This document shows positions 1 to 19,600 of a DNA stretch of 64,000 bases, piece by piece. The notes beneath the pieces were generated by a model. It was not told where the DNA came from. It did no database searches and saw only the letters and a list, made by a program, of their open reading frames with translations. Each line of letters opens with the position of its first letter. Position 1 is the stretch's first letter. The translations under genes were made by a program, and so were the position numbers. The DNA comes from the human T2T-CHM13v2.0 reference genome, Homo sapiens, in NCBI RefSeq assembly GCF_009914755.1, contig NC_060936.1. One strand, written 5' to 3'.

Positions 1-11
1 AATTAGAAAAC

Positions 12-17
12 TTTATT
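12..17 (-). terminator. Candidate distal KICS2 poly(A) signal AATAAA
   Basis: tttatt on the + strand at the end of an AT-rich, 3'UTR-like unique segment (1-560). Confidence 0.35.
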
Positions 18-527
18 GAAGAGCTTCAGAAATAATTTAAGTATCAATATTCAATCTTCAAAAACTCTTCCAGTACAGTCTATGACAGCTGCACAGTAAT
101 ACATATTGTCTTAGATTTTCTTAATATTCACATCTGCCTTCTGTTCTTTGAAATTCTTTTTGTGTTTATGTTTAAAAATAGATATACAATTCAAATATGT
201 TCTAGGTGAGGACTGGTTATTTAAATAACATATATATGCTTTACTTACACCTCTCTCGGGGTTCCACTGAAGTATATATTCTTCTAGGTATTTGGGGGAC
301 TGTGTCATTAAGGCTAATGGTGGTTTAATCTAAGAGGAAAAAAATACATGCATACCAAGGAATATTTTTCAGTTTCTTGGCAGAACACAATAGAGAGGAA
401 AAGTGATTTGACTTTTTAGCTCCAATTGCTTTCAATTTCTTAGGTAAGGTCAATGTTGTAAAATCTGCTGAGACTTTTTTTATAGAACCTGAGTGAATAA
501 AATGCAGAGGTAAATCACTACTTTCTA

Positions 528-860
<333 letters not shown>

Positions 861-905
861 GGAAAAACACATGTTCTTCCCAGAAAATAAAAAATAGGCC
901 AGTAG

Positions 906-1301
<396 letters not shown>

Positions 1302-1452
1302 TGATGTTGCTGGCATACCTGCTATGGACACCCAGTAAAACAGTGGCTCCACACAATCATGGGAAAAAAGACGAATATGACCATTACATTTCACACAAGC
1401 TTCAAAGGAACCATCAAACCAGTAACAACTCAATTACTCTTTGTGGCTTCTT

Positions 1453-1458
1453 TTTATT
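1453..1458 (-). terminator. Candidate proximal KICS2 poly(A) signal AATAAA
   Basis: tttatt on the + strand about 1.2 kb downstream of the stop codon. The 3'UTR up to this point is repeat-free. Confidence 0.55.
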
Positions 1459-2636
1459 TTGAATCAATAATCTAGAAGTGAAGGTCTCCACAGCCCATTA
1501 TGCCTTCACTGATCCACCTACTTCCCATGAACACCTGCCGAAGGAAAGAAATAAGGCAGCATGTGCTAAGATGCAGTGCTGCTTCTAAACATAATTTGTG
1601 GGGGGCAGGCATGAAACCCAAGTTCAGAAGTGCTTAAGTACTGAGGTGATTACTCAACTATGAAGAGGTCTTTCAAGCGCACAGTTGATTTTTAGCAAGT
1701 ACAGCGTATGAAGACCTTCATTTTGATTTTATAAAAGTAGGCTATGTTGCATGAGTATCTAAAAGTGGCTGAAAAACCGACTGCATGCTTTTAAGCCTAA
1801 AAATAACCAAGGAGTAGAGCCAAACATGTACATTTCAGCAGAAAAGTGATAAACAGAAAGCGAAGCGGATAATATGCTGAAGAATGAAGAAAGCCCACAT
1901 GATGGCTTATGCTGACTTTACAACAGAGTGAAACATTCAAACATTAAAGAAGTCAAAACAAATGCAGTTAGGTGTGTACATTACCCCAAAAGAACCCATG
2001 GCTATTAAAGCTGCCATGAGGATCTTCTGAACTGTTAAAACCTTACGTCATGCTACCAATCTGACTCACTTTCAGTTTCAATAACTGATAGAAATTTCTT
2101 ACCAAGACCCTAATTTTGGCATCAAAAATGTTAATTTGTAGATCAGAATCATAAATCTACTAACTCCATATTCATTTGCTAATTTATGAGACAGAAAACA
2201 TATAGTTCTTAATTCTAAAAAGGCCATTTAATATCTCATCCCTATTACTCTTCCAAGAAGGAGGGAAACAGAGAGGCTGTTTGGAATTGCAGTAGAACAC
2301 AATGTTTAGAACAACAGAAAAACATATGGGAAAAAAAAAAGCCCAATAAATATTCAATCTACAAGAAATATAGCAAAATAGGGGAAAATACTGAAACTAC
2401 TTTGCTGTACCATGGAGACACATGGTAGCCCATGACCACTTCCTAGATTACTCTTTGGAAACTTAATTCAATTGGCCTTAATTGCTTATAAAGTGTGCAA
2501 CACAGGGAGGATTTGTCTTTAATTTAGTTCTGAAAGAGGCATGAATGGATGTAAACTCTATTCACAGACCACCGTAGATCATTAGGGCAATTAAGAACAG
2601 TTTCTAGTCTTGAAACCCCTCCACGCAAATCACCTG

Positions 2637-3494
<858 letters not shown>

Positions 3495-3729
3495 TCACTT
3501 GCCACACTGACATTTTTCTAACCACAAAGCAACAAAATGGCCAAACATAATATTATGCTTCAGGACAGGGGAAGAAAAGATGGAGGAACTACATGTTGAT
3601 TTATTTTAAAATTCTGATATAATTTCACCATTTCAAAATTATGTCAACATCATATTCTCCTGTGGAAATAGCCTGAGAGTAGTGGCCACTTTTCCTTTCA
3701 ACAACAGGAATACCAAATTAGCTACAATT

Positions 3730-4008
3730 CATTTTTTTTTTTTATTTATTTATTTTAGACTGGTTCTTGCTCTGTCACCCAGGCTGGAGTGCAATTGTAC
3801 AATCATGGCTCACTGCAGCTCAGTTCCTGGGCTCAAGTGAGCCTCTTGCCTTAGCATCCCAAGCAGCTGAGAACATAGGCACACACTCCATTTTCTGTAG
3901 AGACAAGGTCTCCCTATGTTGCCCAGGCTGGTTTCAAACTCTAAGTGATCTTCCCACCTTGGCCTTCCAAAGCGCTGGGATTACAGGTGTGGGCCACCAT
4001 GCCTGGCC
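3730..4008 (-). mobile_element. AluJ with internal deletions
   Basis: T-rich tail and antisense Alu motifs. Confidence 0.85.
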
Positions 4009-4616
4009 TAAATTAGGTATAATTCTTTCTGAGTGTATTTTATTTATTCTGGCAATTGTATGACTAAAACAATCATTGAAACAAGGCATGCTCTTTTCAG
4101 AGTGTGGTCCTAAAGAGGCAGAGGTAAAACAAAAAAAGTCACTAAAACATCTGTTGAATGTGTAGATGACACATATAAACTCATTTAATGTTCACAGTAA
4201 TGCTATGAGGTATTAAGCCTATCTTGCAGATGACAGTACCTACTATAAGCTTATATGGAAAACACAGTAGATAAAATAAATGTTTATTAAAGAAATAGAG
4301 CATTTATCAGACAGCCCTTATTCAATCCTGGTTCCCAAATTCCCTTCATATTAATTATAGTTAAAAACAAAATGGTGTGGGGAGGGAGGAGCCAAGATGG
4401 CCGAATAGGAACAGCTCCGGTCTACAGCTCCCAGCATGAGCAACGCAGAAGACGGGTGATTTCTGCATTTCCATCTGAGGTACCGGGTTCATCTCACTAG
4501 GGAGTGCCAGACAGTGGGCGCAGGCCAGTGGGTGCGCGCACCGTGCGCGAGCCGAAGCAGGGCGAGGCATTGCCTCACCTGGGAAGCGCAAGGGGTCAGG
4601 GAGTTCCCTTTCCGAG

Positions 4617-4832
4617 TCAAAGAAAGGGGTGACGGACGCACCTGGAAAATCGGGTCACTCCCACCCGAATACTGCGCTTTTCTGACTGACTTAAAAAACG
4701 GCGCACCACGAGATTATATCCCACACCTGGCTTGGAGGGTCCTATGCCCACGGAATCTCGCTGATTGCTAGCACAGCAGTCTGAGATCAAACTGCAAGGC
4801 GGCAGCGAGGCTGGGGGAGGGGCGCCCGCCAT
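4617..4832 (-). CDS. L1 ORF0, 71 aa, intact (MAGAPPPASLPPCSLISDCC...RFSRCVRHPFL*)
   Basis: ATG at 4832 and TGA at 4619-4617. Splice donors after nt 106 (CCAG|GTGTGG, 4727/4726) and nt 191 (CCAG|GTGCGT, 4642/4641). Confidence 0.9.
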   Translation of the reverse strand: MAGAPPPASLPPCSLISDCCASNQRDSVGIGPSKPGVGYNLVVRRFLSQSEKRSIRVGVTRFSRCVRHPFL

Positions 4833-4980
4833 TGCCCAGGTTTGATTAGGTAAACAAAGCAGCGGGCAGCTCCAACTGGGTGGAGCCCACCACAGCTCAA
4901 GGAGGCCTGCCTGCCTCTGTAGGCTCCACCTCTGGGGGCAGGGCACAGACACACAAAAAGACAGCAGTAACCTCTGCAGA
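4780..4980 (-). promoter_or_regulatory. L1 antisense promoter region (about nt 400-600 of the 5'UTR), directed towards KICS2 exon 3
   Basis: Position inferred from established L1HS/L1PA2 5'UTR architecture. The 5'UTR is intact and CpG-rich. Confidence 0.7.
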
Positions 4981-5286
4981 CTTAAATGTCCCTGTCTGAC
5001 AGCTTTGAAGAGAGCAGTGGCTCTCCCAGCACGCAGCTGGAGATCTGAGAACCGGCAGACTGCCTCCTCAAGTGGGTTCCTGACCCCTGACCCCCGAGCA
5101 GCCTAACTGGGAGGCACCCCCCAGCAGGGGCAGACTGACACCTCACACGGCAGGGTATTCCAACAGACCTGCAGCTGAGGGTCCTGTCTGTTAGAAGGAA
5201 AACTAACAAACAGAAAGGACATCCACACCGAAAACCCATCTGTACATCACCATCATCAAAGACCAAAAGTAGATAAAACCACAACG

Positions 5287-6303
5287 ATGGGGAAAAAACA
5301 GAACAGAAAAACTGGAAACTCTAAAACGCAGAGCGTCTCTCCTCCTCCAAAGGAACACAGTTCCTCACCAGCAATGGAACAAAGCTGGATGGAGAATGAC
5401 TTTGACGAGCTGAGAGAAGAAGGCTTCAGACGATCAAATTACTCTGAGCTACGGGAGGACATTCAAACCAAAGGCAAAGAAGTTGAAAACTTTGAAAAAA
5501 ATTTAGAAGAATGTATAACTAGAATAACCAATACAGAGAAGTGCTTAAAGGAGCTGATGGAGCTGAAAACCAAGGCTCGAGAACTACGTGAAGAATGCAG
5601 AAGCCTCAGGAGCCGATGCAATCAACTGGAAGAAAGGGTATCAGCGATGGAAGATGAAATGAATGAAATGAAGCGAGAAGGGAAGTTTAGAGAAAAACGA
5701 ATAAAAAGAAATCAGCAAAGCCTCCAAGAAATATGGGACTATGTGAAAAGACCAAATCTACGTCTGATTGGTGTACCTGAAAGTGATGGGGAGAATGGAA
5801 CCAAGTTGGAAAACACTCTGCAGGATATTATCCAGGAGAACTTCCCCAATCTAGCAAGGCAGGCCAACGTTCAGATTCAGAAAATACAGAGAACGCCACA
5901 AAGATACTCCTCGAGAAGAGCAACTCCAAGACACATAATTGTCAGATTCACCAAAGTTGAAATGAAGGAAAAAATGTTAAGGGCAGCCAGAGAGAAAGGT
6001 CGGGTTACCCTCAAAGGGAAGCCCATCAGACTAACAGCGGATCTCTCATCAGAAACCCTACAAGCCAGAAGAGAGTGGGGGCCAATATTCAACATTCTTA
6101 AAGAAAAGAATTTTCAACCCAGAATTTCATATCCAGCCAAACTAAGCTTCATAAGTGAAGGAGAAATAAAATACTTTACAGACAAGCAAATGCTGAGAGA
6201 TTTTGTCACCACCAGGCCTGCCCTAAAAGAGCTCCTGAAGGAAGCACTAAACATGGAAAGGAACAACCAGTACCAGCCGCTGCAAAATCATGCCAAAATG
6301 TAA
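5287..6303 (+). CDS. L1 ORF1p, 338 aa, uninterrupted
   Basis: MGKKQNRKTGNSK start, coiled coil, and intact REKG, ARR and YPAKLS motifs. Confidence 0.97.
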   Translation: MGKKQNRKTGNSKTQSVSPPPKEHSSSPAMEQSWMENDFDELREEGFRRSNYSELREDIQTKGKEVENFEKNLEECITRITNTEKCLKELMELKTKARELREECRSLRSRCNQLEERVSAMEDEMNEMKREGKFREKRIKRNQQSLQEIWDYVKRPNLRLIGVPESDGENGTKLENTLQDIIQENFPNLARQANVQIQKIQRTPQRYSSRRATPRHIIVRFTKVEMKEKMLRAAREKGRVTLKGKPIRLTADLSSETLQARREWGPIFNILKEKNFQPRISYPAKLSFISEGEIKYFTDKQMLRDFVTTRPALKELLKEALNMERNNQYQPLQNHAKM

Positions 6304-6339
6304 AGACCATCGAGACTAGGAAGAAACTGCATCAACTAA

Positions 6340-10194
<3,855 letters not shown>

Positions 10195-10438
10195 ACAATG
10201 AGATCACATGGACACAGGAAGGGGAATATCACACTCTGGGGACTGTTGTGGGGTGGGGGGAGGGGGGAGGGATAGCATTGGGAGATATACCTAATGCTAG
10301 ATGACAAGTTAGTGGGTGCAGCGCACCAGCATGGCACATGTATACATATGTAACTAACCTGCACAATGTGCACATGTACCCTAAAACTTAAAGTATAATA
10401 AAAAAAAAAAAAGAAAAAAAAAAAAAAACAAAATGGTG

Positions 10439-10660
10439 GCCAGCCTGGCCAACATGGTGAAATCCCAACCTTACTAAAAATACAAAAATTAGCCGGGCAT
10501 GGTGACATGTGCCTGTAATCCCAGCTACTCTGGAGGCTGAGGCACGAGAATTGCTTGAACCTGGGGTGGGGGGGCAAGGTTGCAGCGAGCTGAGATCGTG
10601 CCACTAAACTCCAGCCTGGGTGACAGAACAAGACTGTCTCAAACAAACAAACAAACAAAC
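10439..10660 (+). mobile_element. 5'-truncated AluS with an (AAAC)n tail, directly 3' of the L1
   Basis: Begins at ccagcctggccaacatggtga; flanked by aca(a)aatggtg repeats. Confidence 0.9.
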
Positions 10661-10916
10661 AAATGGTGACCCAATAAGAAATAGCTAACACTTCAATCAC
10701 TTTCCATTTATCTTAGGATAAAACCCCAAATCCGTAAAAAGGACTAGAAGGCACTGAATAATGTAGTCCCTTCCCAGTTTGAGCCACATTCCTATTCTTC
10801 TCACTTTCTCCAGATACTCAGTAAATAACTGAAAATGCAATTATACTACAAGGAGTACAAGACAGTAGTGCAATTTTACTTCCACTTGTTCTAGACAAAA
10901 TGTATAAAAGTTTTTG

Positions 10917-11207
10917 ACGCTGGGCACAGTGGCTTATTCCTGTAAACCCAGCACTTTGGGAGGCAGAGGCAGGTGGACTGCTTGAGCCCAGGAGTTCATG
11001 AGACAGCCTGGGCAACATGGAAAAACTCCATCTCTACAAAACATTCAAAAATTAGTCAAGTGTGGTGGTGTGCACCTGTGGCCCCAGCTACTCAAATTAG
11101 AAGGCTGAGGTGGGAAGATCACCTGAGCCCAGCAAGGCTGAGGCTAGTGGGCTGTGATCGCACTACTGTGCTTCACAGAGTGAGACCCTGTCTCCAAAAA
11201 AAAAAAG
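10917..11207 (+). mobile_element. AluJ
   Basis: Alu body with TSD aaaagtttttgac. Confidence 0.88.
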
Positions 11208-12699
11208 TTTTTGACTATGATCTACTGTAAAAAATACACTTTATATTGTGACCAAGTACCTGCACACATAAATATTTTATTTCAATACTTTCTTACTATG
11301 TACAATGTACTCTGCTAAATTTCTGCTTGAGTCATAATGTTCTAGAGACAAAGGAGTGAATAGAGGAGGCAGCTATTACTTCCGCTATTGATAGTTTCTA
11401 ATATATATAGATATTTTCTAATATATATTAAATATATATTTATTTTCTACTTGATATTTTCTAATATATATTAAATATATATTTATTTTCTACTATACAT
11501 ATTAAATCAGATTACTAACTCACTAAGTTAACTTTATATCCCATAGATTAGTACCTGCTGTTTGTAAAACACTGTTCTACTTCACATGTAATAGTAATGT
11601 TTAAAGGGAAAAGAACATGATGTGGGACATCCTCTCTTCTAGGCACAGGGAAAAAAGGGCAAGTTCAGGGACCCTAGATAAGTGAGCACATGACCCATTT
11701 TCACCAATACTGTACTTCTTCCTGATTCTTCAGGTCTCCTCGTCAGTCATTTCCCTAGAAAAGCTTTCTCTGTCCACTTCCAGATGAGGTCACTTTCCCC
11801 AGTTATATCCTCTCATTTCTTAATACCTCTCTCCCACTTTAGTAGTTTGACCATACAATTTCTCAGGAAAACAGACATACAGCCACCCTAGTTTTAAGCT
11901 CCTCCCCAAGCGGAAGTAATAGCTGCCTCCTCTATTCGCTCCTTTGTCTCTAGAACTTTATGACTCAAGCAGAAATTTAGTCAATGTGGTGACCAACTAT
12001 GTAAAGATATGAATCCAAGTCTCTGCCTCATTGATTCTGCCTGCTGGTTATGGGCTGAACGAAGTTCTGTAACAGTAGACTAGAATGGCAGGGAGAGTCC
12101 TTCCTGTACAGACCACACAGAGCTTTCTTGCTCAGTTTCTCTTCTGAGAAGCGCCTAGTGGCTGCCAGGCCTGATACATGCTCCTTCTCCAGAAGCCTAC
12201 ATCAAGCGCTTACACTCTTCCTAAAGATCCACAGCACCTGCAGAGGCTGCGGAAATCACCTCAGCAAGTGATCCCACTGTAAAGGCAGGGGAAGTACTTG
12301 TATTTATGGAGCATATTATATGTTCCAGGCACTATGGTAGATGATCTACAGGCCTGAGTGCATTTGATCACTTCATTGTTAATGAAACGGACGCTTCTCA
12401 CACAGCCCTGTTTTGGCTGCTGGTGAAAAAGAAAATGCTGGTTATCAACTAAACAATTAGAAAAAAAAAATCACAAGTGTATCTAGAATTTTTAAAAAAA
12501 ATCTATTTAAGTACTAATTAAAAGGATTATGGTTAAGAGAGTCCACACTAGGTTGGACATTATAAGAGAGAAACCGATTATCATGTGAAATGTCGTTATT
12601 CATGTGAAAAACACACATTGCTTTTCATCTATTATCTGCATTTTACATCAACATCCTTCCAGCTGAGGAAGCTAAAACACTGGTGAGATTAAGTCTAAT

Positions 12700-13190
12700 A
12701 ATATACACAATCCATGGAATACTATGCAGCCATAAAAAGGAACAAGATCATGTCCTTTGCAGGGACATGGATGAAGCTGTAAGCCATTATTCTCAGCAAA
12801 CTAACATTAGTAGGAACAGAAAACTAAACACTGCATGTTCTCGCTTTGCAGGGACATGGACGAAGCTGTAAGCCATTATCCTCAGCAAACTAACGTAGGA
12901 ACAGAAAACTAAACACTGCATGTTCTCACTTATAAGCAGGAGCTGAACAATGAGAACACGTGGACACAGGGACGGGAACAACACACACTAGTGCCTGTTG
13001 GGGCCTGTTGGAGGTGCCAGGGAGAGCATTAGGGAAAAGAGTTAATGCATGCTGGGCTTAATACCTCAGTGATGGGTTAACAGGTGCAGCAAACCACCAC
13101 GGCACATGTTTACCTATGTAACAAACCTGCACATTCTGCACATGTACCCCAGAACTCAAAAAAATTAAAGTAAAAAAATATATAAATACA
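12700..13190 (+). mobile_element. 3' end of an older primate L1 (L1PA/PB) with an internal ~89-bp tandem duplication
   Basis: ccatggaatactatgcagccataaaaagg...catgtaccccagaact followed by an A-tail. Confidence 0.85.
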
Positions 13191-13297
13191 CAAAAAATCA
13201 GAAAGATAAACCAGATCTCAAATCTTCCAGCTTACATGTTTAATTAATTTGGACTTTTCAAACATTATATATTTTAGAATGAACACTAAGAAAGTTC

Positions 13298-13588
13298 AGG
13301 CTGGGAGCAGTTGCTCGTACCTGTAATCTTAGCACTTTGGGAGGCCAAAGCAGGAGGATCATTAGGAGCCCAGGAGTTCGAAACCGGCCTGGGCAACACA
13401 GTGAGACCCCTGTCTCTACAAAAACTTAAAGTATAAAAAAATTAGCCAGGCCTCGTGGAGTGCGCCTGTAGGCCTACATACGTGGGAGGATTGCTTGACC
13501 CTGGGAGGTTGAGGCTGCAGTGAGCCATGATCACACCACTGCGCTCCAGCATGGACAGCAGAGTGAGACCCTGTGTTAAAAAAAAAAA
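13298..13588 (+). mobile_element. AluJ
   Basis: Alu body and A-tail. Confidence 0.88.
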
Positions 13589-13589
13589 G

Positions 13590-13666
13590 GCTCACTTCAG
13601 CAGCATATATACTTAAATTGGAATGATACAGAGAAGATTAGCATGTCCCCTATACAAGGATAACAC
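13590..13666 (+). pseudogene. 3'-truncated U6 snRNA pseudogene directly after an Alu poly(A) tail
   Basis: gctcacttcagcagcatatatacttaaattggaatgatacagagaagattagcatgtcccctatacaaggataacac matches U6 nt ~3-79, including ACAGAGA, with CpG decay. Confidence 0.92.
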
Positions 13667-14389
13667 TTTTTAAAAAAATCTACTTAAATACTGTATATTT
13701 TTAAAAATGTTTTAAATGCACACATGCAAAACCCTGTTATAGAATAAGTCTCAAAATCTTTGAATTGTAAGAAAGCCTCCTACCACCTTAGCTTTTAGGC
13801 CCCTTGACACTTATAAGCATTAAATATCACAATCTTCTATAATCATGGCTATTAGGAAAATTTGCCCAGGAACTAGCAACATAGTAAGACTGTTAATCAC
13901 AGGATTAATGACATGAAATTAGAGAAAATTCTAGTACAAATAACACTATTGTTATCTTTCTACTGCTTTCAGCTGAAAATCATCATTCAAATCCAATGCT
14001 CTCCTTAAGAGGACATAAATTCCCTGTCCAAACCTTCAGAAAGAACTCCGAACAAGCTCTTCCATAACATACACTGAAAGTGCTTAAGTGCTCAACACTT
14101 ATTAAAGATAAATGTGAATGTTGAAGCTATTTTTCAACCTCAAGAAGAGCTAAAAATTCATGTTAATGTTAGTCTGCCAAGACTTAGAGCTTAGCATTAT
14201 GATGTATCATTTCCCTATTTCCACTCTGCCATGTGCCTCATAGCTATTCACAACTCGTATCATAGGAGGCTCTGTTAAATGGTTGTAATCCAAAAATATC
14301 CACCTAAGCTACAGCAGCAAGCTTGAAAGAGTCTGAATAGTCTTAATACAGAATAAATTAACAACTATTTGCAGAGAACATCTGCTCTA

Positions 14390-14612
14390 AGGAAAGGAGG
14401 GAAAAAGGGAAGGAAGGAAGGAAAAAGGGAAGGAAGGAAGGAAAAAGGGAGGGAAGGAATGAAGGAAGGGAGGGAGGGAGGGAAAAGGGAAGGAAGGAAG
14501 GAAGAAGGAAGGAAAAAGGGAAGGAAGGAAGGGAGGGAGGGAGGAAAAAGGGAAGGAAGGGAGGGAGGGAAAAGGGAAGGAAGGAAAAAGGGAAGGAAGG
14601 AAGGAAGGAAGG
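14390..14612 (+). repeat. Polypurine (GGAA/GGGA/GAAA)n low-complexity tract
   Basis: About 220 bp of almost pure purine. Confidence 0.95.
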
Positions 14613-14759
14613 CAGGTTCGCTCCATAGAATAGAGGAAAATATAAAATGAATAGATTTGTGTAATATTCTAATGCAACACAAAACTCCACTTTAGAAACA
14701 CTGCCTTTCTCCTTTGCAAATTTGCACCACGGAGTTCTTTCCAAAAGGTATATGTCCTT

Positions 14760-15038
<279 letters not shown>

Positions 15039-15429
15039 TGATAAATTTTTTTTTTCACATGTGCAGAACATGCAGCTTTGGTACATAGGCATATGTGTAC
15101 CACAGTGGTTTGCTGCACCCAAAGTGATAAATTTTATGTTATGTATATTTTACCATGACAAAACAAAATCTGTAACATCTTTTCATTTAAAACAACTTGT
15201 TTACTAATGCTTAAACACCAATACATTGAAGATATAAAAAATTACCCAGAGATTTGCCCCACTGGACCTTCCATGGCAGAAGGAGGTATTTATAATGAAT
15301 ACAAAGTAGAAACTAATACATTTATTATGAATAAAATAACATTTCAGAGGAAGGAACAATTCCTTTTGGTCAAAAGATTGTGGAAGCCATAGAGGAGATG
15401 GCATTTGAATTGAGCCATGATGCTTAAAA

Positions 15430-16211
<782 letters not shown>

Positions 16212-16259
16212 TTACCATATGAAGATGGGGGCTTGATTTTCCAGCCCCAGTCTTCTCCC

Positions 16260-16660
16260 ATTCATGATTCCTCACCCTTTGTTTTGTAACTTTGCAGCTC
16301 CTTTCCTACCCATGGAATATGGACTGGGCCAAGTAACTTGCTTCGGCCAAAGAGATGCTAACAGATTGGCTGCAAGCAAAGGCTTAAAATGAGCTTAGCT
16401 TGGTCATACTTTTGCACTTTGGACATTGCTACTGGGTAGCTACTTCCCCTCCAACCTTGGGCTCAGAATGAACACATGTGGAGCAGACCTAAGCCCAAAG
16501 CTCACAGTAAAAAGTCAACCCCAGTGAGACAGTGTTAAGCAGAGCTACCCGCCTGAACCCTGCTCAGGTCAGCCAATCCTAGTAGGCCTGCAAACACACA
16601 AGTGTAAATTTGGAAGTCTGTTATGCAGACTTATTGTGGCAATAGCAAACTGATACATGA
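16260..16660 (+). mobile_element. MLT1-type (MaLR) solo LTR
   Basis: 3' end gttatgcag...gcaatagcaaactgatac, typical of MLT1. Confidence 0.5.
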
Positions 16661-16829
16661 TAGAACAACAAAAGGACATTCTGAGCACAAAAACAACAGG
16701 AGCCTAAGCAGAGAGGTAGGAAATGGCAAATCCTTATGAGGAACATATTGAGTATTAGACTATGGGGCTGTTTTTGGACTTCTGCTTAAAATCCTCAATG
16801 ATTGGACTTCTGCTTAAAATCCTCAATGA

Positions 16830-17122
<293 letters not shown>

Positions 17123-18090
17123 TTTTAAGTTTCTTTCTTTGTACTAAGAATTTAGCTGCAATGTAAAGCATTTGATGGGAGGTAGCAGATGAATTTGAAA
17201 AGATAGGCTGGGGCACTATCATGGAAGACCTTGCTTAAGTCTTCACTATTAAAATCTAAGCATGTCAAATGACTAGGAGAGAGTGCATTCCACAGAAATT
17301 GCACTACTACTAGTTTTGCTTGTGAAATTTTCACTGAGCAATAATTAACCTTGTTAACTATACACATGCAACTAACAAAATGTCTTATTAACAGCCTTAT
17401 CATCAAAAATCTTTTTTTGACGAAAAGTGGGCATAAGGGCTAAATAAATTGTAGTTCTGCCTTTCGTGAGAAATTTGTGAATTAAAGCAGTCAGATCAAG
17501 AAAGTGTGCTTCCTAAAATGCAAACAAATATATGTACATCAATTTTTTAATGTTATTTAAATTCTAGCTATAAAATTATTATTTAACAATTAAAATCATG
17601 GAATGGTTTATTATTGCCATACCGTAGAGATTTTTTTAATGGTCTAGAATGCCTAAGTGATGGCTTTCTTCTTTCTTTAGAAGTATTATTTCTTAATATT
17701 ATAGTTTTGATTTAGGAGAGTAAATATTAATGTGCATTTACAATCTATCTTGCAAATTTGTTTTAACCATGAAACAGAAAAATCAGCCAGAATTTTCTTT
17801 TATACCCACAAACAATAAATAAGTGTGTAAAAAATTCTGCAGAATCAGAAAATGTTCCACTGGTGCTTCTTTGGAAAACAAAAACAAAAACCCAAGTTCT
17901 ATTGCTCCTCAAAAGTACTCAAGGAATAGCAGATACTGTGACCCTATACAAGCTAAGTTCATGTTTCTTCCGCTAAATGGCACACAATTAAACTTATATA
18001 ATAATTATATTATTAATATAGTTCAATTTGTTAATAATTCAATTTAAAATGCAGAATCACAAATGACTGTGATTCCTAAACAAGAACTTA

Positions 18091-18453
<363 letters not shown>

Positions 18454-19281
18454 CTACTGTGAACACAACTGGCTTCCAGAAGAAGAAAACCAAAATATAC
18501 TTTCCATTCATCTGTGAAAGCAGACTAGACACTGCAATAACTCACACAGGACTTACATGTGAAATCAAGGCCAGAGGTTTAGATTCCATGCTATTCATCA
18601 CACTCATTAATTTTTTAATACAAAGGTATTTCAGCATTTGAAACATAGTACTAGTCACAAAATTTGTTATAAGAGTTCTGACATGGATCAGCTACACTGG
18701 GACATTCCCTGAAAGATAAATGGATCCTTTGGGAGGAGGATTAACTTTTTCAATACAACAGAATACCAAAATATGAATTGTTTCTCTAGAACACTGAAAC
18801 CATAAAGGAGAAATGTTTGGTGTAGCACAGATGCCAGATCAAAAAGTCTACAGAAAAAAGCACATTAACCTAGCAAAGGGCAAAATCATGTTAGTTGATA
18901 CATAAAGGAATCCCACTGCCCAAAGAAAATCATTATACAGAAGTTCAACTTTTCAGAATTCCTTAAAGAATTTATGTTGTTCAAATTAACCCAAAGCCTC
19001 TAATTTAGATCATTTTCAGGCTAGGATGTGTCTGTGATCAGTCATTCCCTATTAATTAGAGAAAGGCAGCATGGGTGGAAGATGGAAATTGTAGATGAAA
19101 AAAGACATCTCTTGTCCATACTGTAATCCAGTTCCATCCAACTCCATCAATATCCACTCAGAGGATGAGGGTTTCAACTAAGAACTGCCCTAAGAACTTT
19201 GAAAATTAAATCCGCAGGGAAAGGGAGAAACTCCTAAGGCTCTGGGAAGTGGGGTGTTTCAAAGAAGGTTTAAAGATGATA

Positions 19282-19600
19282 GGGCCTGGGTGTGTGGCTT
19301 ACACCTGTAATCCCAGCACTTTGGGCACCTGTAATCCCAGCACTTTGGAAGGCCAAGGCAGGAGGATGGCTTGGACGCAGGAGTTCAAGACAAGCCTGGG
19401 CAATATAGTGAGACCCTGTCTCTGCAAAAAAATAAAATAATTATCCAGGGATGGTGGCATGCTCCCGTAGTCCTAGCCACTTGGCAGACTGAGGTGGAAG
19501 GATCACTTCAGCCCAGGCAGTTGAAGCTGCAGTGAGCCGAGAGAGCGCCACTGAACTCTAGCCTGGGTGACAGAACAAGACCTCATCTCGAAATAAATAA
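19282..19600 (+). mobile_element. AluJ with an internal duplication of cacctgtaatcccagcactttgg
   Basis: TSD aaagatgataggg. Confidence 0.88.

Noticed and set aside
4833-4952. N-terminal extension of ORF0 shown in the ORF track (111 aa)
   Set aside because: The start is not ATG; canonical ORF0 begins at the ATG at 4832.
14358-14744. Several 80-130-aa ORFs rich in F/L/P/S or K/E/G/R, and similar ones at 26.5-26.9 kb
   Set aside because: Artefacts of purine/pyrimidine simple repeats, which lack stop codons.
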